A DNA stretch of 35,775 bases. Origin: Patescibacteria group bacterium UBA2193. GTDB taxonomy: Bacteria; Patescibacteriota; Minisyncoccia; Moranbacterales; DUUL01. A model generated the notes under the pieces. It did not search any database, was not told where the DNA came from, and was given only the letters and a program-made list of their open reading frames with translations. The stretch lies in NCBI GenBank assembly GCA_002327335.1, contig DCVH01000032.1, positions 1 to 35,775 on the forward strand, written 5' to 3'. Positions 17,677-25,532 of the stretch are shown piece by piece; the stretch's first letter is position 1; the number at the start of each line of letters is the position of its first letter. The translations under genes and the position numbers were made by a program.

Positions 17677-18888
17677 TTAATTATTTTTAATTAATTCAAT
17701 CTCTTCTCGAAGTTTTTTGTTTTCTTCTTTCAATTCCATCATGCGAAACTCTCTATTGACAGTTAGCTTTTGAATTTTTTCTAGTTCTTTTATTTTTGTT
17801 TCAAGCTCCCAGGCTCTTTTTTGCAATTGTTCTTCTGTTTTTTTGAGTTGAGTGATGTCCTTGGCGATGCAAATAATTCCTACAATATGATTGTCTTTGT
17901 TTTTGAGAAGAGAGTCAGAGAAGATTACTGGGATGTTTTCTCCTTCTTTGGTCACCAGTAATAAATTATAATTATTAATTGTGAGACCGCTGAAAGCTTT
18001 GCTGATAACCATTTCCTTGAAATTGTCTTCCATGAAAAGTCCATTCAATCCAAGCTCTTTTATTTCTTTTTCGCTATATTTGGAAAGAGAGAGCGTGGCC
18101 TTGTTGATGGTGTTTATTTTTCCTTGAAGATCAATGAGGATAAGGGCATCTGACATTGTTTCTATAATATTTTCAGCGGCAGTCGAAGGAGTAATTCCAA
18201 GGAATCTATATCTAACCATAGCATAAATAATTCCGAAAGACCAAATGAGAGAGAAGAGGTCGGCAGTGGAAGGAATTTTATGAATACCAAATTCTTGGAG
18301 AATAACATTAGTAAGAGTCCCGAGTGTCAGGGGGACAAGAGACGCAATAATAATAATTTTTGCCTGCTTTCTTTTTAATACGGAGGTAGATTTTCTGTAA
18401 AAATCAATTAATAGATAGATTGGGAACAATGAAAAGAGGGTGTAATAGAAATAGAAAGAATAAGTCAGTAAAGAGTCAGACCAAACATGCGACCAGCCAT
18501 AGGAGGTTTCTATGAAGGTATAGATCAGTTTTCCTTGCCATTGTTGCGAGATAAAAAATAAAGCAGGGAGAAAGAGTAAGATTAAATAATATTTTTTATT
18601 TAAAAAACTTTTTTTATCAGTAAAAACCAAAACAAACCAAAAGAAGAAGGCAGAAAAAGAAATCCAACCGATGGAGTCAATTTTATTTGCCAAAACTGCT
18701 CCTTCATAGGGGGTGTTTGGATTGTTAATAAAAAACATTCCAGCGCTCCAGATCACAAAACAAGCAAGATAAGCCGCGATTATCCGGTTGAGAGTTTTTT
18801 TAGGATCTTTATAGAGAATAAAGACAATAAAAAATAAAAAGATTAATAAACTCAGAAGGTTAGCAAGGGATAATAGCGAAATCTCCAT
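17677..18888 (-). CDS. Membrane sensor protein: N-terminal multi-TM (7TM-type) domain, PAS domain and C-terminal coiled coil, with no kinase domain
   Basis: 403 aa. About 7 hydrophobic helices occupy the first 215 aa. These are followed by a PAS-like core (IIETMSDALILIDLQGKI...GIICIAKDITQLKKTEE) and a heptad-rich tail. H-box and HATPase motifs are absent. Confidence 0.8.
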   Translation of the reverse strand: MEISLLSLANLLSLLIFLFFIVFILYKDPKKTLNRIIAAYLACFVIWSAGMFFINNPNTPYEGAVLANKIDSIGWISFSAFFFWFVLVFTDKKSFLNKKYYLILLFLPALFFISQQWQGKLIYTFIETSYGWSHVWSDSLLTYSFYFYYTLFSLFPIYLLIDFYRKSTSVLKRKQAKIIIIASLVPLTLGTLTNVILQEFGIHKIPSTADLFSLIWSFGIIYAMVRYRFLGITPSTAAENIIETMSDALILIDLQGKINTINKATLSLSKYSEKEIKELGLNGLFMEDNFKEMVISKAFSGLTINNYNLLLVTKEGENIPVIFSDSLLKNKDNHIVGIICIAKDITQLKKTEEQLQKRAWELETKIKELEKIQKLTVNREFRMMELKEENKKLREEIELIKNN

Positions 18889-18905
18889 TTTTTCTTATTT
18901 TTGTA

Positions 18906-20708
18906 TTATTTATTTGCTTCTTTTTGCTTTATTTTACTATTTTTCAACGGTAATGTAAAACTAATTTTGGTTCCTTTGCCTTCTTCGCTTTCAATGCTGA
19001 TTCTTCCTTTGTGTTCTTCTACAATATTTTTAGCAATAAACAAGCCCAATCCGCTTCCTTCTGTTTGCATTCTCATTACATTAGTAGCTCGGAAGAACTT
19101 TGTGAATAATTTAACTTTATCTTCTTCTGGAACTCCAACTCCATTGTCTTTGACAGCAACTTCAAGAAAATCTTCTCCTTTCTTTTCAAGGATAATCTCA
19201 ATCTTCCCAAACTCTGGTGTATATTTTATAGCATTATCTACGAGATTTTGCAGAGCGAGAAGAATGCGATCTTTGTCCATATAGACTTCTGGCAGGATAT
19301 CTGGTTTAGTGATGACTAATTTTTGATGGCTCTTGGCAACAGCCCTTTCCACGTTTTCTGTGATGGTGATAAGAATTTCCTTGAAATCATATGTGCCGAA
19401 GTTATAGCCAAATTTTCCTTCTTCAATTGTGGAGGCGTTCAACAAATCATTTACAAGTTCAATGATTCTTTCGTTGCTTTTATAGCCTTTTTCGAGAAGT
19501 TCTGCTTGTTCCTTGTTGAGTTTTCCGACGTCTTCATCCAAAATCATTTTAATTACCCACTTAATTGCGGAAAGGGGAGTTCTTAGTTGATGAGCGGCAA
19601 CAGTGATAAATTCTGATTTCATTTTGTCTATTTGTTTTTCTCGGGTCAGGTCATAGAAAATCTTCAAAAATCCATAGCAAGCAGTTTTATCATTGCCTCG
19701 GCACACAGAAGTAGTGATCACTTTAAAAGTTTTTTGTTGACCTTTGTGTTCAATTTCAATTTCTTCAATAGGATTGTTATTTTCATCAAGCTCACTTACT
19801 TTTTCGTTTATTTTAAAATTATTTTTGATTAGTTTTTTGAAGTTAGCAAAACTATAGTGATTATCAGAAGAAATTTTTGTTCCATAGTTATTTTCGTTTA
19901 TGCCGAGAATTTCTTTTGTAGAAGCATTAACAAGGCTGATTTCCTTTCTGCTGTTGACGAAGATGATTGGACCGGTGAAATTGGCGACAATTGCACCTAT
20001 TTTATTTTTTTCTTCTGTCAATTCGGCATTTATTTTTGATAGAGATTTTTCTTTCCTGGAGAGAAGGCTTGTTTTTTTGCTGAGTTGTTTTGTCTGGGAT
20101 TCGAGAAGGTCTTCTCTTTTGAAAAGAAGGCTTGCTCCGTAACCACTATAAATTCCAATAATAATATAGAAAATCGAAGTGGTAATTGTTTTTGTTAAAA
20201 TAATTGGAAGACTGTTTAATTCAGGAGACAGCACTTCATATCTTGAAATGTGAGGAATGATGCCAAAAAATTCAAGGGTTACCAAGGTATTTATGAGCAA
20301 GGCAGCGAAAAGAGCGGTGATAATTGAGCCTTTGGTCCCTAGTAAATAAGAAGCAGAGACTATTGGCATAAAGAAAAAAGTTATAGCAACACTTTCTATT
20401 CCTCCGGCATAGTGCATTATCAAAGTCAGGATTCCTAGCTCGACAAAAACCTGTCCAATACTCAAAATATGAAGACCCTTAGCGGAGCGACTTCTGTTGA
20501 TTCGGCGGAAAGCTAGTTCAAAAACAATATTAATCAATGCAAAAATCATCAACAATAAAAGCATGTTGAGAATGGAAAAGTTGACATTGGAATGGCTCAG
20601 AACTTTTGAAACAGCACCAATTGCAAAAACACCCATTCCATAGAACCAGCGGGCATTGATCAGCCAACGATTAACTTCTATTTTTCTTTCTATATGTATA
20701 TTTAACAT
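18906..20708 (-). CDS. Membrane-bound PAS sensor histidine kinase (HK2)
   Basis: 600 aa. About 6 N-terminal TM helices are followed by a coiled coil and a PAS-like region. The H-box is SEFITVAAHQLRTPLSAI, and the HATPase domain is identical to that of HK1. Confidence 0.9.
   Translation of the reverse strand: MLNIHIERKIEVNRWLINARWFYGMGVFAIGAVSKVLSHSNVNFSILNMLLLLMIFALINIVFELAFRRINRSRSAKGLHILSIGQVFVELGILTLIMHYAGGIESVAITFFFMPIVSASYLLGTKGSIITALFAALLINTLVTLEFFGIIPHISRYEVLSPELNSLPIILTKTITTSIFYIIIGIYSGYGASLLFKREDLLESQTKQLSKKTSLLSRKEKSLSKINAELTEEKNKIGAIVANFTGPIIFVNSRKEISLVNASTKEILGINENNYGTKISSDNHYSFANFKKLIKNNFKINEKVSELDENNNPIEEIEIEHKGQQKTFKVITTSVCRGNDKTACYGFLKIFYDLTREKQIDKMKSEFITVAAHQLRTPLSAIKWVIKMILDEDVGKLNKEQAELLEKGYKSNERIIELVNDLLNASTIEEGKFGYNFGTYDFKEILITITENVERAVAKSHQKLVITKPDILPEVYMDKDRILLALQNLVDNAIKYTPEFGKIEIILEKKGEDFLEVAVKDNGVGVPEEDKVKLFTKFFRATNVMRMQTEGSGLGLFIAKNIVEEHKGRISIESEEGKGTKISFTLPLKNSKIKQKEANK
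18933..19252. repeat. Copy 2 of the 320-bp near-identical repeat (3' end of HK2)
   Basis: See copy 1. Identity falls abruptly to an ordinary paralog level beyond 19252. Confidence 0.9.
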
Positions 20709-20805
20709 GTTTTGATTATAGCATTAAATTGAAAATATTAAAAATTTTATATAAAAAAACGGCCTCACGGGAGTCGTCTTGTCTAAAAACTAAATATGTA
20801 AATTT

Positions 20806-20880
20806 GTCCGGTGTTTTGGTAAGGATACCGGGGCGCTGTAAGCCCCTAAAATTATTTATGTGGCTCAGCGCCACCGGAAC
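20806..20880 (+). ncRNA. Candidate structured RNA element (unclassified) in a 630-bp gene-free spacer
   Basis: GC-rich complementary segments sit in very AT-rich DNA. CCGGUGUUUUGGUAAGGAUACCGG (20808-20831) has G-U pairs that are only valid on the + strand. Also present are GGGGC-GCUGUAA-GCCCC, GUGGC-UCAGC-GCCAC (20860-20874), and alternative long-range pairings GGCGCUG/CAGCGCC and GUCCGGUG/CACCGGA(A)C. Confidence 0.4.
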
Positions 20881-21074
20881 CAATCTCGACTTAGGAGAGT
20901 TGCATTTCATCCGAAGATAAAAGACAACATCAAAAGTTTAAACCAAGATTGGGAGACATTGCTTTATTAAAGCAATAAAATTCATCTAACCGTTCCATGA
21001 TTTTTTAAATCTTTTTTATTTTTGTTTTGGGCGATCTTTTTTATTTTTGTTTTTTAAAGATGGATGGAATAGCA

Positions 21075-21123
21075 AGATGAGTTCCAGTCACGAATAGGGG
21101 GAAATCGTGGCTGGAGTTCATCT
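21075..21123 (+). ncRNA. 19-bp stem-loop with strand-specific G-U pairs (unclassified)
   Basis: AGAUGAGUUCCAGUCACGA pairs with UCGUGGCUGGAGUUCAUCU. Three G-U/U-G wobbles would be C-A mismatches on the minus strand. The 11-nt loop is AUAGGGGGAAA. Confidence 0.4.
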
Positions 21124-21340
21124 CACTAAAATACATCTTTGTTTGTTGGAACGTCAGACTATGAGAAAGAACTAACTTACAAATCAATTATAGCATTTTT
21201 TGACACAACGGTCAATTCTTTGATTATTATTTCTTGAAAATCCTTTTCAGCAGGGGGTTGCCGGGTTCTTTGTGAAAAAAAATCTAGTAGAAATAGTGAA
21301 AAAATAGCTAAAAGTTATCCACAAGTTATCAACAGTTGCC

Positions 21341-22573
21341 TTAAAAAGCCGAAGATGACAGCAATTTCTTTATTTCCTTGGCCATTTCTTTGGATGTGGC
21401 AAAAACGAGAAGTTTGTCATCAGCAACCATTCCCCAATCAAGAGATTTTAGACTGGATGGATTTGGGTTGATGTTATAATAACGAAATCCGACATTATCA
21501 ACGCTGTCTTTGAAGATAATGTTTTCAGTTAATTGTTCTGTTCCTGGGGTAGAATAAAGACCAGACATCATAGTCGGCAATTTTTGCTCCGAACTTAAAA
21601 TCGCTTGCTCTATTTCATTAGCTTTTGTGGGATCAATGTTGACGACAAGTCCAATTTTTGGTGTTGCTGAAGATTCGTAATAAATCCAAGTTTTTGAAGA
21701 AGGGGTGTTGATTGTTTGAGGAATTTCGATTTCAAGTAGTGCGGAAATTTTTTCAAGATTCAATATTCCGTTTTCATCTTTAATGGAATAGAATCCAGAA
21801 ATTAAACTGTTGGGATTCTGGGGATTAAATAATTTTGTTTTGAGATTTTCACCGGTAACCAGATTAATTTCCTTGGTTTCCGAAAGAATAATTGGCAATA
21901 TTTCTTCGACAGGTGGTTGGATTGGTTCGATTTCTGGTTCAACTGGAAATTCGGCCGGGGCTTCAGGTTTTTCAATAGCAGTTTTTGCATTAAGTACAAA
22001 AAAATAATAATAAGCACCTGAGGCGACAGCGACAAGCAAGACGATCGCAAGGATAATTATGAGAATTGAACTTGGTGAGCCGGCTTCTTGTTCGGGCAAT
22101 GGTTTTTTAATTTTGTCCTTAAAAAAATCATCATAGTTTTTTTGACTGGCCACCGGAGGGGTTGTTGAATTTTTTTTCTGTTCTAGCTTGTGATTATCTT
22201 GAAAGAAATTATTCGCCGGGGTTTCTTGTTTTTTGTCCTGGAGTTGCATTTTCATTCTGTTTTCTTCTTCAGCAAAAGTATTTGAAATTTTTTCTGCAAT
22301 AGGCAAATTAGCCGGGAACCCAGATTCATTCAGCTTTTCAACGGCTGGTTTTCTGTTGATTTCAGGGGTCAAATCTTTCCTGGGCAATAAGGGCTTGATT
22401 GGTTTTTCTATAATTTTTTCTTCCACCTTTTCTGTTTTCTGGTCTTTTTTGGGAATAGTTATTTGATCATGAATTAAATTGTCATCAGAGTTTCCTTCGA
22501 GGTCGCTTTTCATGGAGCGAGTGGTTAACTGGACGTCATCGCCCGTTGAACTTGTTTTTTTGTTTCCAAACAT
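21341..22573 (-). CDS. Hypothetical single-pass membrane protein
   Basis: 410 aa. A charged low-complexity N-terminal region of ~165 aa is followed by one TM helix (ILIIILAIVLLVAVASGAYYYFFVL), a Pro/Glu-rich linker and a C-terminal domain of ~190 aa. No motif was recognised. Confidence 0.7.
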   Translation of the reverse strand: MFGNKKTSSTGDDVQLTTRSMKSDLEGNSDDNLIHDQITIPKKDQKTEKVEEKIIEKPIKPLLPRKDLTPEINRKPAVEKLNESGFPANLPIAEKISNTFAEEENRMKMQLQDKKQETPANNFFQDNHKLEQKKNSTTPPVASQKNYDDFFKDKIKKPLPEQEAGSPSSILIIILAIVLLVAVASGAYYYFFVLNAKTAIEKPEAPAEFPVEPEIEPIQPPVEEILPIILSETKEINLVTGENLKTKLFNPQNPNSLISGFYSIKDENGILNLEKISALLEIEIPQTINTPSSKTWIYYESSATPKIGLVVNIDPTKANEIEQAILSSEQKLPTMMSGLYSTPGTEQLTENIIFKDSVDNVGFRYYNINPNPSSLKSLDWGMVADDKLLVFATSKEMAKEIKKLLSSSAF

Positions 22574-22713
22574 TTTTTTGAAATATTATTTATTTTTTGT
22601 TTACCTCGTTAAATTTTTTCAAAATAAAATATTGAAAAATAATTCCACAAGGTGAATTTTTGTTTTTTAAATGATGATAATATTTTAGCACAAATTTTTT
22701 AAAAAAGAAATAT

Positions 22714-23445
22714 CTATTTCAAATTGTTCCACGCAATATCAAAAATTTGTTTTTGAGCGAATGATGACTCGGGACTTTCCATGATAGTCGTGATTCGAGG
22801 TCCTGATAATTGATGAGAAAGTATTTTTTGGGGAGTAAAAACCAGGTTTGCATGAATCTGAGTCCCTTTTGGTAATAATTTTACTTGTTCGTTATAATTT
22901 TTTTGATGTTTTAGTGAATTTCTTCCGAATTCGTTGTCAACCAACATTAATTTCAAATCCAAGTTCATTTTCGCTCTTTTGCGCATGAATTTTTCAAAAA
23001 ATATTGGGTCGGTGTTGTACCAAAGGTTTCCATCGCTGACGATATAGTAAAAATCTCCAGATTTGAGGTTTTCTAGCATAGACAAAAAAGCTGATCTCAT
23101 CCCATTGATTCCTTTAAAATGAAAAATTTCATTGGTTCCAATGTTTTGGCATTTTTCTACTTTTGATTTTAAAGTGTTTATTACCTGATTGGTTTGTTGC
23201 TCGACAAGATTTTTAAGGTTTTCGGGTGATTCAGCTGAATAATATTTTTTGAAACCTGTTTCTTTTAATTTAAAAAGTCCCATTTCCATTAAATTATTAA
23301 TCAGAGCATAGACATTTGTTCGTCCCAGTCCTGTTTTCAGGGAAATCTCTGATATCTTAGTTGGGCCAAGTTCAAGACCGGCAAGATAAACCTGTGCCTC
23401 ATTTTCTTTCAAGCCTAATTTTTCTAGTTCTTTTAAAAAGTTCAT
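22714..23445 (-). CDS. TrmB-family transcriptional regulator (paralog 1 of 4)
   Basis: 243 aa. The N-terminal winged HTH is LGLKENEAQVYLAGLELGPTKISEISLKTGLGRTNVYALINNLMEMGL. The C-terminal domain and its ending (FDIAWNNL) are shared with the ORFs at 25533, 27452 and 30796. Confidence 0.8.
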   Translation of the reverse strand: MNFLKELEKLGLKENEAQVYLAGLELGPTKISEISLKTGLGRTNVYALINNLMEMGLFKLKETGFKKYYSAESPENLKNLVEQQTNQVINTLKSKVEKCQNIGTNEIFHFKGINGMRSAFLSMLENLKSGDFYYIVSDGNLWYNTDPIFFEKFMRKRAKMNLDLKLMLVDNEFGRNSLKHQKNYNEQVKLLPKGTQIHANLVFTPQKILSHQLSGPRITTIMESPESSFAQKQIFDIAWNNLK

Positions 23446-23538
23446 ATATTTGTCATTGAATTATTTTGACTTTTTTGATGTTTATTAAATCGATAAAAAG
23501 CCTTATTTATAGCAATTATTTCACACATATTTAAAATA

Positions 23539-23555
23539 GTCAAAAATATTTTGAC
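23539..23555. promoter_or_regulatory. Candidate operator palindrome in the divergent TrmB1/methyltransferase intergenic region
   Basis: GTCAAAA-ATA-TTTTGAC is a perfect 7-bp inverted repeat. Extra TTTTGAC half-sites lie at 23465-23471 and ~23602. It directly abuts the predicted -35 element. Confidence 0.4.
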
Positions 23556-23559
23556 AGAT

Positions 23560-23587
23560 TTGCGAAAAGAGACCAAGACGCTAGAAT
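23560..23587 (+). promoter_or_regulatory. Putative promoter of the methyltransferase cassette
   Basis: TTGCGA (23560-23565), a 16-nt spacer, then TAGAAT (23582-23587). Confidence 0.4.
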
Positions 23588-23637
23588 GCTATGTCGTGAT
23601 TCTTTGACAATTTAATCCATAAACGAAAGGAGCTGTT

Positions 23638-24444
23638 ATGAATACTAATCAAGGATATGCTGATTTTTATAAAAAAAATTGGCAAGAGGTTTATGGTTTT
23701 TGGCATAAAATCATTAACAGGGGAGAAAAGCAAATAAATTTTTTGGTAACCTGGTTCGAAAAATTTTCCGGTGATAAAATTAGGGTTTTGGATTTGGGTT
23801 GTGGATCAGGGGATGAAATACTAGAAGCCATTTCCTTGATTTCGGGAAAGCAATTTGAAATATGTGCCAATGGCACCTCTGCTGAAGCCTTGGATTTGTA
23901 CGAGGAAAACCTTGGTCGATTTGTGAAGAAAAAGATTTTGGGAAGACTTGAGGATTTGCCGGAAAAAATTGCCGAAGAAAGATTTGATTTAATCCTTTTC
24001 TCGCACAGTCTCTATGACACGAAACTAGAGGGACTCTTTGAAAGATATCTCAAATTGCTTTCAGAGGAAGGTCGGATTGTGATTTTTATGGATGCTCTTT
24101 TCAATGATTTTAAACAAATCCAGACGTTTTTTTGGGTAGATATTTATGGCAGGCTTTTTGATGAAAACGTTGCAGAGGACATTGAAGAGTGGCTAGTTAA
24201 AATATCGATGAACTTCAAGTCTATTTCTTTCGGGTATGTCATTGATATCAAAAAATTATTAAAAATAAATCCAAAAGGAATTGAAGAACTTTTTATTCCT
24301 TTCGCAATGAGAAAAAATGATCTGAATAGTGAGATGAAAGATGAAATTGCTCTTTCAATTCAAGTCATGGGTACGCGGAAAAAGGAACTTGAAGGGCAAG
24401 CTAAAATTATAACGATAAGGAGAACAAAAAATGAATCATGCTGA
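23638..24444 (+). CDS. Class I SAM-dependent methyltransferase
   Basis: 268 aa. Motif I is VLDLGCGSGDE, followed by the downstream motifs DLILFSHSLY and LSEEGRIVIF. A good SD (AAAGGAG) precedes the ATG. Confidence 0.75.
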   Translation: MNTNQGYADFYKKNWQEVYGFWHKIINRGEKQINFLVTWFEKFSGDKIRVLDLGCGSGDEILEAISLISGKQFEICANGTSAEALDLYEENLGRFVKKKILGRLEDLPEKIAEERFDLILFSHSLYDTKLEGLFERYLKLLSEEGRIVIFMDALFNDFKQIQTFFWVDIYGRLFDENVAEDIEEWLVKISMNFKSISFGYVIDIKKLLKINPKGIEELFIPFAMRKNDLNSEMKDEIALSIQVMGTRKKELEGQAKIITIRRTKNESC

Positions 24445-24667
24445 ATATCTAGTTATTATTTCTGAAACAGAGAGCTACGTAGAAAAGAGAATGCAAGCGA
24501 TTGAGTTAACAGGGGAGCTATCTGTTTTAATCTCAATCAGCACCGAAAATATGGAATTACTAATTCGTAATCTAATTTATACCAGGGTTAGTAAGCTAAA
24601 CGAATTGGATGCCGAAATTAGACATCTTGGTGAAAATATTCTCGAAAAAATACGGCTACGGCTCTAG
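24431..24667 (+). CDS. Hypothetical small protein (78 aa)
   Basis: It overlaps the methyltransferase stop by 14 nt. The SD is TAAGGAGA with 7-nt spacing, and a terminator hairpin follows. No motif was recognised. Confidence 0.6.
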   Translation: MNHAEYLVIISETESYVEKRMQAIELTGELSVLISISTENMELLIRNLIYTRVSKLNELDAEIRHLGENILEKIRLRL

Positions 24668-24677
24668 AAACTCATAG

Positions 24678-24714
24678 GCGGTCTGATGATATAAATCATT
24701 GGACCGCTTTTCTG
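24678..24714 (+). terminator. Intrinsic terminator (hairpin family H, copy 1)
   Basis: GCGGUC-U-GAUGAU ... AUCAU-U-GGACCGC is followed by UUUUCUGUUU. It is related to the hairpins at 30664, 32433 and 32859. Confidence 0.65.
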
Positions 24715-24721
24715 TTTACTT

Positions 24722-24762
24722 AGAAAAAAAATAAGGCAACCAGAAATTTCTAGTTGCCTTAT
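24722..24762 (-). terminator. Intrinsic terminator of the minus-strand TrmB2 operon
   Basis: The ATAAGGCAAC / GTTGCCTTAT stem (10 bp) is followed on the minus strand by a U8 run. Confidence 0.75.
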
Positions 24763-24783
24763 CGTTTGCCGTAACAAGTTTAT

Positions 24784-25098
24784 TTAAAAAACTGTTTTTT
24801 TCGTAGGCAAAACACTTTCCCGAAATCCCAATTTTAATAATTTATCCCAAAGCTTGGGATCTCGATCTCGCAATCGAAATCGAATCAATTTTAATCTTTT
24901 TGGCGATGTACTGCAAATCGCCATCAAGAAGGTGACCAGATGATGCTGATTTTGTTTATTGCGTGATCGTATCACTTTCTCCATCTCATCAACGAGCTTT
25001 GTTGAGTCTTCTTGGTCGATATACACCAATTGCATTATGAAATCTCGCATTTCCATAAATGCATTAGATTTTTCCATTAAAGGGCCAACTTTTTTCAT
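24784..25098 (-). CDS. Hypothetical protein (104 aa)
   Basis: The start overlaps the stop of the upstream ORF (ATGA, 4-nt overlap). The C-terminus is basic. No motif was recognised. Confidence 0.6.
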   Translation of the reverse strand: MKKVGPLMEKSNAFMEMRDFIMQLVYIDQEDSTKLVDEMEKVIRSRNKQNQHHLVTFLMAICSTSPKRLKLIRFRLRDRDPKLWDKLLKLGFRESVLPTKKTVF

Positions 25099-25499
25099 TT
25101 TTCATCCCCCTTTTCTTTTTCTAGTTTTTCAATCTTTTCAAACCATTCCTGAACTGTTTGATCCTTTTCTGGCAGGTGAGCACCTGGAATTTGCCTTAAA
25201 TAATTCTCCAGCTTATTAAATACCGATATGATATCAAAAGCATTCCACGTTGCTAACCATTCATAATTAGTGAAGTACATATGAGATGGCTCGTCTCTTA
25301 AAATAATCAAACATGCTTTCATTAAATCGTGAGAGCTAAGCAGTGTATTATTTATTTTTAAACTGCCCTGGGGGTTTGTTTCGGCGATCTCGAGACATTT
25401 AATTATTTCTTCTTTAATTTTTATTATTTCTTTTCTTAAGCTTTGCAGATGTTTTCCCAAATTGCGTATACGAAATATAGACTCCTTGTTATCAATCAT
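25095..25499 (-). CDS. Hypothetical protein (134 aa)
   Basis: A strong SD (GGGAGG) lies upstream. It starts 33 nt downstream of TrmB2 and is predicted helical. No motif was recognised. Confidence 0.65.
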   Translation of the reverse strand: MIDNKESIFRIRNLGKHLQSLRKEIIKIKEEIIKCLEIAETNPQGSLKINNTLLSSHDLMKACLIILRDEPSHMYFTNYEWLATWNAFDIISVFNKLENYLRQIPGAHLPEKDQTVQEWFEKIEKLEKEKGDEK

Positions 25500-25532
25500 A
25501 ATTCCTCCCTGAATTCATTAATATATTTTATC

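Noticed and set aside
20716-20920. Two ~63-aa ORFs on opposite strands in the large spacer.
   Set aside because: They overlap each other almost completely and lack an SD. They coincide with the GC-rich stems that are better explained as RNA or DNA structure.
21009-21053. Direct repeats considered as a possible CRISPR array.
   Set aside because: There are only two copies, separated by just 5 nt. They are T-rich low-complexity sequence, and no cas genes are present.
21315-21334. A perfect DnaA box TTATCCACA (21315-21323), followed 11 nt later (start to start) by TTATCAACA (21326-21334). An AT-rich region with T-rich direct repeats lies nearby, raising the question of an oriC.
   Set aside because: Only two boxes were found, and neither dnaA nor dnaN lies nearby. 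No further boxes occur in the 630-bp spacer, and a single 9-mer match is not improbable in 36 kb of AT-rich DNA. It could still be a DnaA-titrating or regulatory site, but the evidence is insufficient to call an origin.
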